64,000 bases of DNA from Alphaproteobacteria bacterium (GTDB taxonomy: Bacteria; Pseudomonadota; Alphaproteobacteria; RF32; CAG-239), in NCBI GenBank assembly GCA_045639065.1, contig JAZUCK010000003.1:31900-95899 (forward strand), given 5' to 3'. Position numbers and translations under genes: made by a program. A model generated the notes under the pieces. That model was not told where the DNA came from, searched no databases, and was given only the letters and a program-made list of their open reading frames with translations. Shown here piece after piece: positions 48,322 through 58,159 of this stretch (position 1 is the stretch's first letter; the number at the start of each line of letters is the position of its first letter).

Positions 48322-48690
48322 AAAGCGGAAGGTCGCTTGAATTTTGCTAGTCGCAAAATAGCGATGACAGTTTAAATGTTATATTTTCTTTTACGTTACT
48401 TTTTGGCAACAAAAAGTAACCAAAAATTGCCGCTCCGGTTTTTGTCTGTTTCGCTTTTTCCAAACAGATGTGCCCACCATGTTATTGCGCGACTTTTGCG
48501 GATAACAATAGACTCTCTGTTTGTAAAAAGCTGACAAAAAAGTCGCGGTTATAGGGTATTAAAACTTTAAACTGTTATGCCCTGAACAAAGCGTTAGCGG
48601 AGTGAGGCTAGGCATCTTCCGCTTTCTTAAAAAGTTGAAGATGCCTTGAATTTACTCGATACTCTCGCAAATAGGCATGACATTTTAGAT
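48322..48690. repeat. composite palindromic element (three REP-like units around a nested hairpin core); possible ncRNA or MITE-like element
   Basis: Many nested complementary segments (see findings); no ORF listed in the track. Confidence 0.65.
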
Positions 48691-48720
48691 TTTAATGTTG
48701 ACGGGCTAAGTTTAAATCAT

Positions 48721-48755
48721 AAAAACCCCCGAGGTATAAAAACTCGGGGGCTTTT
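48721..48755 (-). terminator. terminator after the 515-aa Cys-rich gene
   Basis: CCCCCGAG...CTCGGGGG stem flanked by A/T runs. Confidence 0.85.
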
Positions 48756-48776
48756 ATTGGTTATACTATAGTTCGC

Positions 48777-50324
48777 TTAGAGAGCATGATAACATAAGTA
48801 ACCATAATCTGCTGCTGTTGAAGGACAGGTAACTGCTTGACCTTTATACAAATCAAAGCATTTATCTGAGCCTATGACAACACCTGAAACAGTATTCATT
48901 AACTCAAATGGCCATGTATTTTTACTATCGTAAAGATATTTCAATTCAGATGTTGTTAATAATGCCGTACCTTCGCCATCAACACAAGCTGATGAAGCCG
49001 CCGATTGAGCTACAGATAGCGTTGTTGCTTTTTGGTAATTACTTGGATCTTTAGCCAACGGTCCGTTTTGAAGATTAACAACTTTTGGAGCAGTTGCTGT
49101 TCCGCCAACAACCATTAAATCCGAAGCCGTTTTTCCACAAGTTTTGGTTTTTGCATCATAATAAGCACCTTGAGCACATGGAACTGTAGTTGTTACAGGA
49201 ATTGTAGTGGTTGTCTTAGCTCCACAATTATTAACTCTATGCTTACATACATAAGCTAAGTCATCATCTTGATTACAGTTATTTCTAGCATATGTTGAAA
49301 TATTTATACAACCATCTGAAGCAACAACAACACCTGACGAGAAGTTTGCACCTTCGAAAGGTCCGGTTACATTAGATTTCACCATATATTCAATTTCATC
49401 CATAGTCGGAAGTTCATAACTATCGCCATATTGATCATGACATCCCTGCTCAGCTTTTGGCTTAACATCTATGTGAGCATCACCTGAGCTATTGTCCATT
49501 CTTGTACCGAAACTAAAACCGGCTCCAACAACAACACAAGGACCAGAACTACTTGTTGACAATATGAAATGATCCGATTGCGTATCCATACTGTTTATAC
49601 CTGTAGCACATGCTTTGTTTATGCTATTATAGTACGTACCGACGATACATGGTACTGACGGCACACTGGTTCCGGCAGCATTACAAGAAAAACTTTCTTT
49701 ACACAAATAAGCAAAGTCTTCTGAAGCATTACAATCAGTTGGAGCCATTGTATTTAAGCTATAGCAACCGTCTTTGGTTACAAGATTGCCTGACATAAAA
49801 CCATTTATTGAACCTGCTTGCTCAAAAGCCCATGTTCCTGCTTTTTCTAAATACAAGCTCATTTCAGCATTTGACAGCAAATCACCGCTAGCTCCTGATT
49901 TACATGCTTGAATAGCATCTGCACGAGCCGCTGTCGGATCACCTTTTTCAACAACAGAGGCCGGTTGCGCAGAAAACGGCACTAAGAAACACGTATCTTT
50001 TCGTGTTGATAATACATACATTTCCTCGTTATATCTTTTATCAAGATCGTAACCTTCATAGCATTTTGAATCTTGAACATAAAAGAACATACCCGGTGCA
50101 CAAATCGTTTCTGTTTCTGCCGGTGGAGGAGCTGCAGGATCCTCTTTTCCGCAAAACATAAGAGTATCATCAAAGGGACATTTTATAGATGGAATACCTT
50201 TACAGTCTTCAGCAGTCGACACGTATCCCAATGGTCTACATTTAGGACGGACCGTACAGCTGACCTCAGCCAGTGCCGGATATGCCATGATAGTCATGAC
50301 GGTGGTAAGAAGCAATTTTCTCAT
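48777..50324 (-). CDS. secreted cysteine-rich protein with three ~140-aa repeated domains
   Basis: AGGAG RBS; signal peptide ending ALA; N-terminal C..LGY....C....KCPFD....C module; three C..G.(F/Y)Y......C...A...C....L....E.......FE....SG....DxC.......C......YxC units. Confidence 0.88.
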   Translation of the reverse strand: MRKLLLTTVMTIMAYPALAEVSCTVRPKCRPLGYVSTAEDCKGIPSIKCPFDDTLMFCGKEDPAAPPPAETETICAPGMFFYVQDSKCYEGYDLDKRYNEEMYVLSTRKDTCFLVPFSAQPASVVEKGDPTAARADAIQACKSGASGDLLSNAEMSLYLEKAGTWAFEQAGSINGFMSGNLVTKDGCYSLNTMAPTDCNASEDFAYLCKESFSCNAAGTSVPSVPCIVGTYYNSINKACATGINSMDTQSDHFILSTSSSGPCVVVGAGFSFGTRMDNSSGDAHIDVKPKAEQGCHDQYGDSYELPTMDEIEYMVKSNVTGPFEGANFSSGVVVASDGCINISTYARNNCNQDDDLAYVCKHRVNNCGAKTTTTIPVTTTVPCAQGAYYDAKTKTCGKTASDLMVVGGTATAPKVVNLQNGPLAKDPSNYQKATTLSVAQSAASSACVDGEGTALLTTSELKYLYDSKNTWPFELMNTVSGVVIGSDKCFDLYKGQAVTCPSTAADYGYLCYHAL

Positions 50325-50387
50325 TGTTTTTCTCCTTTAATATATAAGACAGACAGTAATTTTTAATAATTAAGTTAGTTTAACTCA

Positions 50388-51752
50388 TCATAACCCCCAA
50401 CAACTCCACCAAGCTGTGTTAGCATCACATATCGGCTGACCGGCTGAGTTTGTTGTTCTACATCCGCTGGCTATACGACATACCAAGTATCCGTATACGC
50501 CATTCTCATCTTTCTTGGACAGAGTACTCTTTACATCGTATCTAGTAGTGTCATCAGTCTCAGCATTATCGGCTACAATGCTGTACTGACCATCGACGTT
50601 TGTTCCGGCCATTTCCACTTTTTCATATCCGTTAGCGGTATTACAACCGGTAACCTTAACACAGTCTTCTCCACCATAGTTGTTTGTAGTAACAACCGTA
50701 TTGAAGTATGTTTTTGAAGTATCAGAATCACCCTTTCCGTTCGCAGCAGCTCTACAGAAGAACTGTCCGGCATCATTCCATCCGGTTTTACATCCGTTAG
50801 CATAGAAGAACGTTCTTTCTGTCATCTCACCTGTGTCAGGATAATAAGCCATAACTGTTTCGGAAGATGTTTTCACACAATCGGCTTGTGCGCCACATCT
50901 TTCGTCATCTTTTTGTTCACCGGTATAATAGTAGTATTGGAAGCTAGAATCATATTTAGCAGCTCTTTTAGTATTATTATAGGCAGCACAATATTTACCT
51001 GTCGGTTCCGAAGTCCAAGATTTACCGCTAACCGCAGTAGCTGACCCAACTCCGACACAAGCCGGCTGTTCACCTGATTTGATTTGTTCTTTATTGCTTG
51101 CAAGTGATACAAATGAATATTTAACAGGCTCTACTTTTGATTCAACAAGACCGTTAAAATTACCATAACCGAAGTTATCAGCCATTTCACTTACAGGCAG
51201 TCTCACAGCGTTTTTGGTTCCACCACAAGCTACGTCTTTACCATCATAGCAAGCAAGCGAATTTAAACTACTTTTTCTATTGGTAGCTGTTTTAGGCTCG
51301 CCAAGAGTAAAATATTGAGTATTAACACCTAATTCGGCTTTTGTAGCAAGCCCAGCGCCGCAAGCAACAGTAGCATAATATGTACCGTTGGTATCAGTAC
51401 ATTTATCAGTCTTAGCTACAGGAGTAATAAAATAGCCCTCCTGTCCATTTTCAATCGCATATGGATATTTATCGACCGAACAACGACAATTTCTATAACA
51501 GCTTGTTCCGGTCTTTAATTTTACAACATCACACTCTTGTCCATATGGCTTTGCAGAATATAACCCCATAGAAGCAACACATCTGCTAGGCCCGTTAGGA
51601 TCATCAGAATCAAACTCACCACCACCCAAATTGGTAGAACCCATATACGTAAGATTCTTCACCCTATCGATTAGTGTAATTGCTGCCGAAGCCGGAGAAG
51701 CAATCATTACCACAATGGCAGTGCAGATTATTTTGTATAAATATTTTGTCAT
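50388..51752 (-). CDS. secreted cysteine-rich protein, paralogue of the N-terminal part of 44060..48067
   Basis: ATG at 51752 after AGGAGGAG; signal peptide MTKYLYK...ASPASA; shares P.G..C.V.KL..G..CY..C.C..DKYP and G..GYLVCR with the large protein. Confidence 0.88.
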   Translation of the reverse strand: MTKYLYKIICTAIVVMIASPASAAITLIDRVKNLTYMGSTNLGGGEFDSDDPNGPSRCVASMGLYSAKPYGQECDVVKLKTGTSCYRNCRCSVDKYPYAIENGQEGYFITPVAKTDKCTDTNGTYYATVACGAGLATKAELGVNTQYFTLGEPKTATNRKSSLNSLACYDGKDVACGGTKNAVRLPVSEMADNFGYGNFNGLVESKVEPVKYSFVSLASNKEQIKSGEQPACVGVGSATAVSGKSWTSEPTGKYCAAYNNTKRAAKYDSSFQYYYYTGEQKDDERCGAQADCVKTSSETVMAYYPDTGEMTERTFFYANGCKTGWNDAGQFFCRAAANGKGDSDTSKTYFNTVVTTNNYGGEDCVKVTGCNTANGYEKVEMAGTNVDGQYSIVADNAETDDTTRYDVKSTLSKKDENGVYGYLVCRIASGCRTTNSAGQPICDANTAWWSCWGL

Positions 51753-51978
51753 AACACTCCTCCTTTTTGCATCGGTTATCACAAACACACTAAAAACCCT
51801 CTTCGCAAAATATACCCGAATAAAATTTCGGATACACTTCGCCCTTTGTTATATATTAACATAATTTTATCAAAAAAGCAATATGAGCAGGGTTTGGAAA
51901 ATATTTTCTAACACCTTGCAACCTATTGAATTAGCTATATATTTTTTGCACATTCAAATTGTAACAAAAAGTTAAAAC
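51753..51978 (-). promoter_or_regulatory. promoter/leader copy 2 (homologous to 48068-48290)
   Basis: Minus strand: TTAACTTTTTGTTAC (51961-51975), ATTCAATAGGTTG (51919-51931), TTGCTT (51876-51881)-17 nt-TAATAT (51853-51858) with upstream TG, hairpin GTGTATCCGAA/TTCGGGTATAT. Confidence 0.7.
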
Positions 51979-52078
51979 TTCTTAAGCAATAAAATGTATT
52001 AGCCGGACGTTGTATATTTTTATATCGAAATTATTTAAATTCTGACTCTTTTACTTTAATTTTACAGGTTAGAATTTG

Positions 52079-53197
52079 ATGATTGATGCTATAAAAAATA
52101 AATATTTTATTGTTGCCCTACTCTTCTGCGTTACTCTGTTTTTTTATAAAAATGCAGAATCCGTCATTGAAGATGAAAAGACTTATATTATCAATGTATT
52201 GCCCTTGATAAAACAAAACGTCAGCCTTAAAGACGAATATGTGGGTTATGTTACCCCCATAAAATCGGTCGAAGTTATGGCCAATGTTTCGGGATATATT
52301 GACGAGATTTGGGCTGCGGGAGGTGAAAAAGTCGCACTGGGTGATAATTTAGTGCTTATCGATCAAAAAACTTACAAGGCAGAAGTCGATACTCTAAAGG
52401 CTTCACACTCTATGGCAAAGGCTAAGTTCGCCAATGCAAAAAGTTATTATGACCGCATTAAAAAAGCCGGAGAAAATGCCGTTTCAGCTTCGCAAATCGA
52501 TGAGGCTAAAGCACAATACTTATCCGCCGATGCCGAGGTTAAACAAACTAAAGCAGAGCTCGAAAAAGCTAAGGTAATGCTTGATTATACCGTTTTACAA
52601 GCATCTATTGACGGTGTTTTGGGCAACGTAAATCTGACTAAAGGAAATTTTGTTTCAGCCGGTCAAACCAAGCTTTTTGACATTATACAACAAAATCCGA
52701 TAAGAGTTAAATTTGCCATTTCCAACAAAAACTATCTCGATAGTTTCGCTTCTGACAAGCCTTTTAAAGACTCGATAATAAAACTGAAACTGGCAAACAA
52801 CTCTTTATACCATTTTGACGGTAAATTTGCTTATTTTGATAACAAAATTCAAAAACAAACTTCTTCGGTTGATGTGTTTGTCGATTTTGAAAACCCTGAT
52901 GGCGAATTGTTGGCAAATTCGTATGTCGATGTGTTGGTCGAAAAACCGATGTCTAATGTATATCTGATTAAACAAAATTATGCAACTTTGGAAAATGACG
53001 GGGCTTTTGTTAAAATTATCAAAGACAACAAAATCAGAAAAGAAAAGCTTAGTGTCGTGGGGTATTATAATGATGCTTATGTGGTAAATAACAAATTTGG
53101 CAAAAGCGATTTTTTGGTAATCGACAATGTTGATAATATTCCGACTAATGCAAAAATAAAAGTTAAACTTATTGACGAAAATGCGGAGAAAATGTGA
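52079..53197 (+). CDS. RND periplasmic adaptor subunit
   Basis: N-terminal [38 protein letters not shown]. Confidence 0.9.
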   Translation: MIDAIKNKYFIVALLFCVTLFFYKNAESVIEDEKTYIINVLPLIKQNVSLKDEYVGYVTPIKSVEVMANVSGYIDEIWAAGGEKVALGDNLVLIDQKTYKAEVDTLKASHSMAKAKFANAKSYYDRIKKAGENAVSASQIDEAKAQYLSADAEVKQTKAELEKAKVMLDYTVLQASIDGVLGNVNLTKGNFVSAGQTKLFDIIQQNPIRVKFAISNKNYLDSFASDKPFKDSIIKLKLANNSLYHFDGKFAYFDNKIQKQTSSVDVFVDFENPDGELLANSYVDVLVEKPMSNVYLIKQNYATLENDGAFVKIIKDNKIRKEKLSVVGYYNDAYVVNNKFGKSDFLVIDNVDNIPTNAKIKVKLIDENAEKM

Positions 53198-56100
53198 TGT
53201 TTTCAAAGTTTTTTATTGACAGACCTCGTTTTGCCGGTGTCGTGTCGGTGGTGTTGGTATTGCTCGGACTTTTGGCTATTGCAGTATTGCCGGTTTCACA
53301 ATATCCGGATATTACTCCTCCGCAGATTATCATCAAAGCAACATACCCCGGCGCTTCGGCTAAGGTTTTGGTCGATACGGTTGCCATTCCTATCGAAAAC
53401 GCCATAAACGGTGTGGAAGATATGCTTTATATGTCATCATCGAGCGATGATAACGGAAGCTATAAACTAACAATCACTTTTAATGTCGGTACCGATCCGG
53501 ATATGGCTCGCGTTAAGGTGCAAAACCGCTTGCAACAAGTTAACTCGCAATTACCTGAAATCGTTACCAAAGAAGGAATTGATATTACCTCGCAATCGTC
53601 TAATATGTTGGCAATGTTGGCTTTACGCTCGCCTAATAATACCTACGACAGCCTGTATTTATCAAATTTTGCTTACAATAACATCAAAAATCCGATGCTG
53701 AGAATCGACGGAATGGGCAGTGTCGATATATTTGGCGCACAAAACTCCATGCGTATTTGGCTTAAACCCAATATTATTGCTTCGTTAGGTCTTGGCTCTG
53801 ATGATGTTATAAACGCTGTAAAAAGCCAAAATGTCGAGGCTTCGGTCGGTTCGTTGGGCGCAAGTCCAAGCCCAAATACAAATCCGGTTGTCATATCTTT
53901 GAGCGCCAAGGGGTTGCTTAATACGGTCAAAGATTTTGAAAATATTATCGTTGCAACTTCTGCAAACGGCGGGGTTGTCAGATTGAAAGATGTGGCTGAT
54001 ATCGAACTCGGTGCCGACACCTATAATATGAATGCAATGTTTGATAACTCGCCGGCGGTTATTATCGGTTTGAGCCAAACACCGAGTTCTAACTCTCTCG
54101 ACATTATGAAAAATGTCAGAAAAGAAATTGAAACTTTAAGCCAAACATTTCCCGAAGATATGATTTTTGAAGTGGCTTACGACTCTACCGATTTTGTAAG
54201 AGCTTCTATCGCCGGAATTGTCGAAACTTTGCTAATTACTTTTTCTTTGGTGGTTTTAGTTGTATATGTATTTTTGCAAAAAGCCAAAACAACCCTTATT
54301 CCGCTGATTACCATCCCCGTTTCGCTTATTGCTACCTTTGCGGTTATATACGCTTTGGGCTTTGATATAAACATATTAACCTTGTTTGCGCTTATCTTGG
54401 CTATCGGCTTGGTGGTTGATGATGCCATTATTGTGGTCGAACGTGTCGAATATGTTATGAAAGAAGAAAAACTGAGCGCTATGCAGGCTTCCGTTAAAGC
54501 TATGAGCGAAATATCAAGCGCCATCGTTGCAACAACATTCGTTTTGTTGGCTATTTTCATACCGGTGGGACTTATGGCCGGTATTACAGGAAAAATATAT
54601 CAGCAGTTTGCCGTTACCATTGCAACTTCAATTATATTTTCGGCAATTAACGCTCTCAGCTTAAGCCCTGCCCTTTGCGCTATTTTCCTAAACGACAGCG
54701 AAAATGATAAGCCTCATAAATATTTTGAAAAATTTGACAACTTTATCAATAAGGCTAAAGAAAAATATATATCCTTTGTTAAAATATTTGCGCAAAATAT
54801 TAAGCTTACGGCAATTGTGATTATTTTAGCGATTATTTTGGCTGTTGTAGGTTTTAGGTTTACACCGACTTCTTTTCTGCCGGAAGAAGATCAGGGAATT
54901 ATTTTTGCTAATATTCAGCTTGATAATACGGCAACAATTAACCAAACCAACGATGTGTTGAAAAATATCGGTAATGATGTACTTAAAATGAACGGGGTTA
55001 AGTATTTTATCGGCGTGGCCGGATACTCGATCCTCGGCGGTGGCGGTGAAAATGTTGCTTTGGGCGTGGTCGGACTGGATAATTGGGATAAGCGAAAAAA
55101 TAAAAAACTTTCTATGGAAAATATTTCTGCCGAACTTATGAAAAAATATTCCGTTAATAAAACCGCGCAAATCGACTTTTTTGCTCCGCCGGCAATTCCG
55201 GGCGTCGGTAACTCGAACGGCCTTTCCTTTGAGCTTTTGGCTATTGACGGCAAAACAACCGGTATGCAGCTTTTTAATCAGTTAATGCCTTTTATTAAGG
55301 GCTTGAACCAAAACCCTAATATCGCTTATGCTTTTTCCACCTTCAGAGCCGACACTCCGCATATATTTTTAGATGTTAATCGTACAAAGGCCGAAAGCTT
55401 TAATGTAAGCATAGCCTCTCTTTTTAATTCGCTTAATAATAATTTCGGTTCAAGCTATATCAATAATATTACTCTTGACGGACAGGTTAACAAAGTTATT
55501 GCTCAAGCCTTGTTTGACGACAGAAAAAATGTCGAAAGTGTTTTGAATTTGTATGTAAAATCAGACAATGGCGATATGATAAGAGTAAAGAATTTTGTTG
55601 ATGCAAAAATCGAAATATCGCCCAAAATATTATATCGTTATAATACTTATTTAGCCGCCTCAATTACCGGCGGTGTTGCAAACGAAAAAAGCAGTGGCGA
55701 CGCTATTGATGCCATAGCAGATGTTGCAAAAAAAATATTGCCGAAAGATTTTTCAATATCTTGGACAGGGCTGACATTACAAGAAGTGGAAGCTCAAGGT
55801 TTGGCGGTTATTTTAATCGCTTTGGCGCTTGTATTTTGCTATTTGTTCTTGGTTGCTTTATACGAAAGCTGGATGTTGGCTTTTGCGGTTATGTTTTCGG
55901 TCGTTTTTGCCATTTTAGGCGCTCTTTTGGGACTTCATTTTATGGGGCAATCTTTGAGTATATATGCACAACTCGGGCTTATTATGCTTATCGGTTTGGC
56001 GGCTAAAAATGCTATTTTGATTATCGAATTTAACAAAGACTATCGCCAAAAAGGTTATTCGATTTTTGATGCAGCAATTATGGGCGCTAATGAACGTTTC

Positions 56101-56319
56101 AGAGCTGTTTTAATGACGGCACTGACCTTTATTTTAGGCGTGTTTCCGATGATTATTGCCAAAGGAGCCGGCGCCTCTAGCCAGATTGCCATAGGTACAT
56201 CGGTATTCTTCGGTATGATTGCGGCAACATTTGTAGGAATTGTGTTTATTCCGGCTTTGTTTGCACTGTTTGAACATCTTAAAGAGCGAAATTTTAAGAA
56301 GGAGAAAAATAATGAATAA
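53194..56319 (+). CDS. RND efflux transporter permease (HAE1 family)
   Basis: [40 protein letters not shown]. Confidence 0.95.
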   Translation: MMFSKFFIDRPRFAGVVSVVLVLLGLLAIAVLPVSQYPDITPPQIIIKATYPGASAKVLVDTVAIPIENAINGVEDMLYMSSSSDDNGSYKLTITFNVGTDPDMARVKVQNRLQQVNSQLPEIVTKEGIDITSQSSNMLAMLALRSPNNTYDSLYLSNFAYNNIKNPMLRIDGMGSVDIFGAQNSMRIWLKPNIIASLGLGSDDVINAVKSQNVEASVGSLGASPSPNTNPVVISLSAKGLLNTVKDFENIIVATSANGGVVRLKDVADIELGADTYNMNAMFDNSPAVIIGLSQTPSSNSLDIMKNVRKEIETLSQTFPEDMIFEVAYDSTDFVRASIAGIVETLLITFSLVVLVVYVFLQKAKTTLIPLITIPVSLIATFAVIYALGFDINILTLFALILAIGLVVDDAIIVVERVEYVMKEEKLSAMQASVKAMSEISSAIVATTFVLLAIFIPVGLMAGITGKIYQQFAVTIATSIIFSAINALSLSPALCAIFLNDSENDKPHKYFEKFDNFINKAKEKYISFVKIFAQNIKLTAIVIILAIILAVVGFRFTPTSFLPEEDQGIIFANIQLDNTATINQTNDVLKNIGNDVLKMNGVKYFIGVAGYSILGGGGENVALGVVGLDNWDKRKNKKLSMENISAELMKKYSVNKTAQIDFFAPPAIPGVGNSNGLSFELLAIDGKTTGMQLFNQLMPFIKGLNQNPNIAYAFSTFRADTPHIFLDVNRTKAESFNVSIASLFNSLNNNFGSSYINNITLDGQVNKVIAQALFDDRKNVESVLNLYVKSDNGDMIRVKNFVDAKIEISPKILYRYNTYLAASITGGVANEKSSGDAIDAIADVAKKILPKDFSISWTGLTLQEVEAQGLAVILIALALVFCYLFLVALYESWMLAFAVMFSVVFAILGALLGLHFMGQSLSIYAQLGLIMLIGLAAKNAILIIEFNKDYRQKGYSIFDAAIMGANERFRAVLMTALTFILGVFPMIIAKGAGASSQIAIGTSVFFGMIAATFVGIVFIPALFALFEHLKERNFKKEKNNE

Positions 56320-57760
56320 ATATTGGTTTCCTCTTTTAGTGCTTTCTTGCAGCGCTTGCGCAATCGGTCCTAACTATGAAAAAAAGATTTTTTATCCCGA
56401 TGAAAAAATCATTCAGGAATTAAATTTGCAAAATTCTAAAAAAAATGTCGCAACCGATTGGTTTAAGATTTTTGGCGACACTTACTTAAACGAACTTATT
56501 GAAACAGCTTTGAAAAACAGCCCTACAATCAAAATTGCTAAAGAAAAATTGCAACAAGCCCGTTATGGTTTATACGTGGCTGAGGCCGGTTTATTGCCTG
56601 ATTTTGATATTAGTGGCGAATATCTCAAAAATTCGCCATCCAATGCTGTTGAGCCAATGGTTAAACAAGATTATTTTCAGGTTGGTTTTGACGCTTCGTG
56701 GGAAATTGATATTTGGGGCGGTCAACGTCGCTTGATTGAAAGCAATTATGCTATGTTGAAATCTGTCGGAGCTGATCTTGATAATGTCAAACTTGTTCTT
56801 ATAAGTGAAATTGCTTCAAAATATATTAACTGGAGATTGTATCAGAAACTGATAGAGAACACTAAAATAAACATCGACAATCAAAATAAAATTTATGAAA
56901 CCATAAAAAGTCAATATCTTGCCGGTTTGGTTGATGAAAGAACATTTAATCAGGCAGAAAGTTTGCTAAAATCAACACAACAAAAACTTCCTTCTTTCAT
57001 AATGAACGAAAAAAATATGCTTAATGCCTTGGCTCTATTAGTCGGTATATTACCCTCCGAAATAATGGATACTAAGTCATCAATATTAGAAAATGAGTTT
57101 AGCTTTGATATTACTTCGATATATAATATATCAGCAAAAGTTGTACAATATCGCCCTGATGTTTATAGCGCTGAACAACAACTTATTGCGCAAAATGCTC
57201 TTGTCGGTAATAAAATTAGCAATCTTTTGCCGTCTTTGTCTTTATCAAGCTTTTTGGGATATCAAAATAATACGCTTTCGCCTATATTTGCCAAAGATTA
57301 TAATATGTATTCATCAAATGTGCAAACCCTTCTTCCATTGTTTCATTGGGGCAAAATTGTAAATGATATAAAAATTCAACAATCTATTACCAAAGAAGCT
57401 CTTAATAACTATCATTCATCTCTATTGCAAGCGGTTATTGATATCTCTAACGCCATTACATCAGTTGAAGAAAACTCTAAAAATGCTAAATTAGCAAAAG
57501 AAAATTTTACCCTCTATGAAAATATTGCTAATTTGAGTAAAATAAAGTATGACAGCGGTTTAATATCTTTCAGCGATTTTTTAGACGATAAACAAAACGA
57601 GATATCCGCCCAAATCTTGAAATATCAGGCATTGGCTGATTTTTATACCGGAATTATATCTTTTTATAAGTCTGTCGGTGGCGGTCTAAACACTAATTAT
57701 AGTGAGACGGGCGTCCAAAAGGTCTTGACAGCGAAGGATTGCGTGCCTTGTAAAGATTGA
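56312..57760 (+). CDS. outer membrane efflux lipoprotein (OprM/NodT family)
   Basis: ATG at 56312 after AAGGAG; lipoprotein-like N-terminus (C..GPNY), [22 protein letters not shown]. Confidence 0.92.
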   Translation: MNKYWFPLLVLSCSACAIGPNYEKKIFYPDEKIIQELNLQNSKKNVATDWFKIFGDTYLNELIETALKNSPTIKIAKEKLQQARYGLYVAEAGLLPDFDISGEYLKNSPSNAVEPMVKQDYFQVGFDASWEIDIWGGQRRLIESNYAMLKSVGADLDNVKLVLISEIASKYINWRLYQKLIENTKINIDNQNKIYETIKSQYLAGLVDERTFNQAESLLKSTQQKLPSFIMNEKNMLNALALLVGILPSEIMDTKSSILENEFSFDITSIYNISAKVVQYRPDVYSAEQQLIAQNALVGNKISNLLPSLSLSSFLGYQNNTLSPIFAKDYNMYSSNVQTLLPLFHWGKIVNDIKIQQSITKEALNNYHSSLLQAVIDISNAITSVEENSKNAKLAKENFTLYENIANLSKIKYDSGLISFSDFLDDKQNEISAQILKYQALADFYTGIISFYKSVGGGLNTNYSETGVQKVLTAKDCVPCKD

Positions 57761-58157
57761 TGTTAGTAATCTCAGGAATGGTATGTTGACGAAACCAATA
57801 GCCATTTCCCTTCATGCATGCTACATATTCATCAGGATCGACGTCAATATCATCAATAGATGAATTAACAATCAACGGTTGCGCGCCGGGATATGGAATA
57901 TATGATGCCCAGATTCCGCTGGTAGAATTCCAGTCAGCTTTTGTATTAAGCTTGGTTTCTTCCGTATAAAACCATGTACGAAAATCCGGCACAAATGATA
58001 TGGCTTTAGCTTCTTTCATGCATTCACTGTGGTCTCGAGCAAACTTCTGTACGCCGGTATTTGTTTTTTCCCAGTGATACACAAACTGTCCTCTTCCCCC
58101 GCCAAAATATGAGCAAGAACAAAGTAAAATACATGCAAGAACCATTATTTTTTTCAT
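57693..58157 (-). CDS. putative lipoprotein, hypothetical
   Basis: MKKIMVLACILLCSC lipobox; DHSEC...Y.ACM...GY Cys pair. Confidence 0.75.
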   Translation of the reverse strand: MKKIMVLACILLCSCSYFGGGRGQFVYHWEKTNTGVQKFARDHSECMKEAKAISFVPDFRTWFYTEETKLNTKADWNSTSGIWASYIPYPGAQPLIVNSSIDDIDVDPDEYVACMKGNGYWFRQHTIPEITNINLYKARNPSLSRPFGRPSHYN

Positions 58158-58159
58158 AG

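Noticed and set aside
48300-48720. Possible CRISPR array or IS element
   Set aside because: Repeats are few, diverged and alternately oriented, with no regular spacers; no cas or transposase ORF; no clear target-site duplication
41110-50324. Diversity-generating retroelement acting on the CLec-like genes
   Set aside because: No reverse transcriptase, Avd or adenine-variant template repeat seen in this window; cannot be excluded genome-wide
52079-57760. Second RND-MFP-OMF operon as the secretion system for the adjacent Cys-rich proteins
   Set aside because: It is an HAE1-type small-molecule pump with no ABC/T1SS component, and the Cys-rich proteins have Sec signal peptides
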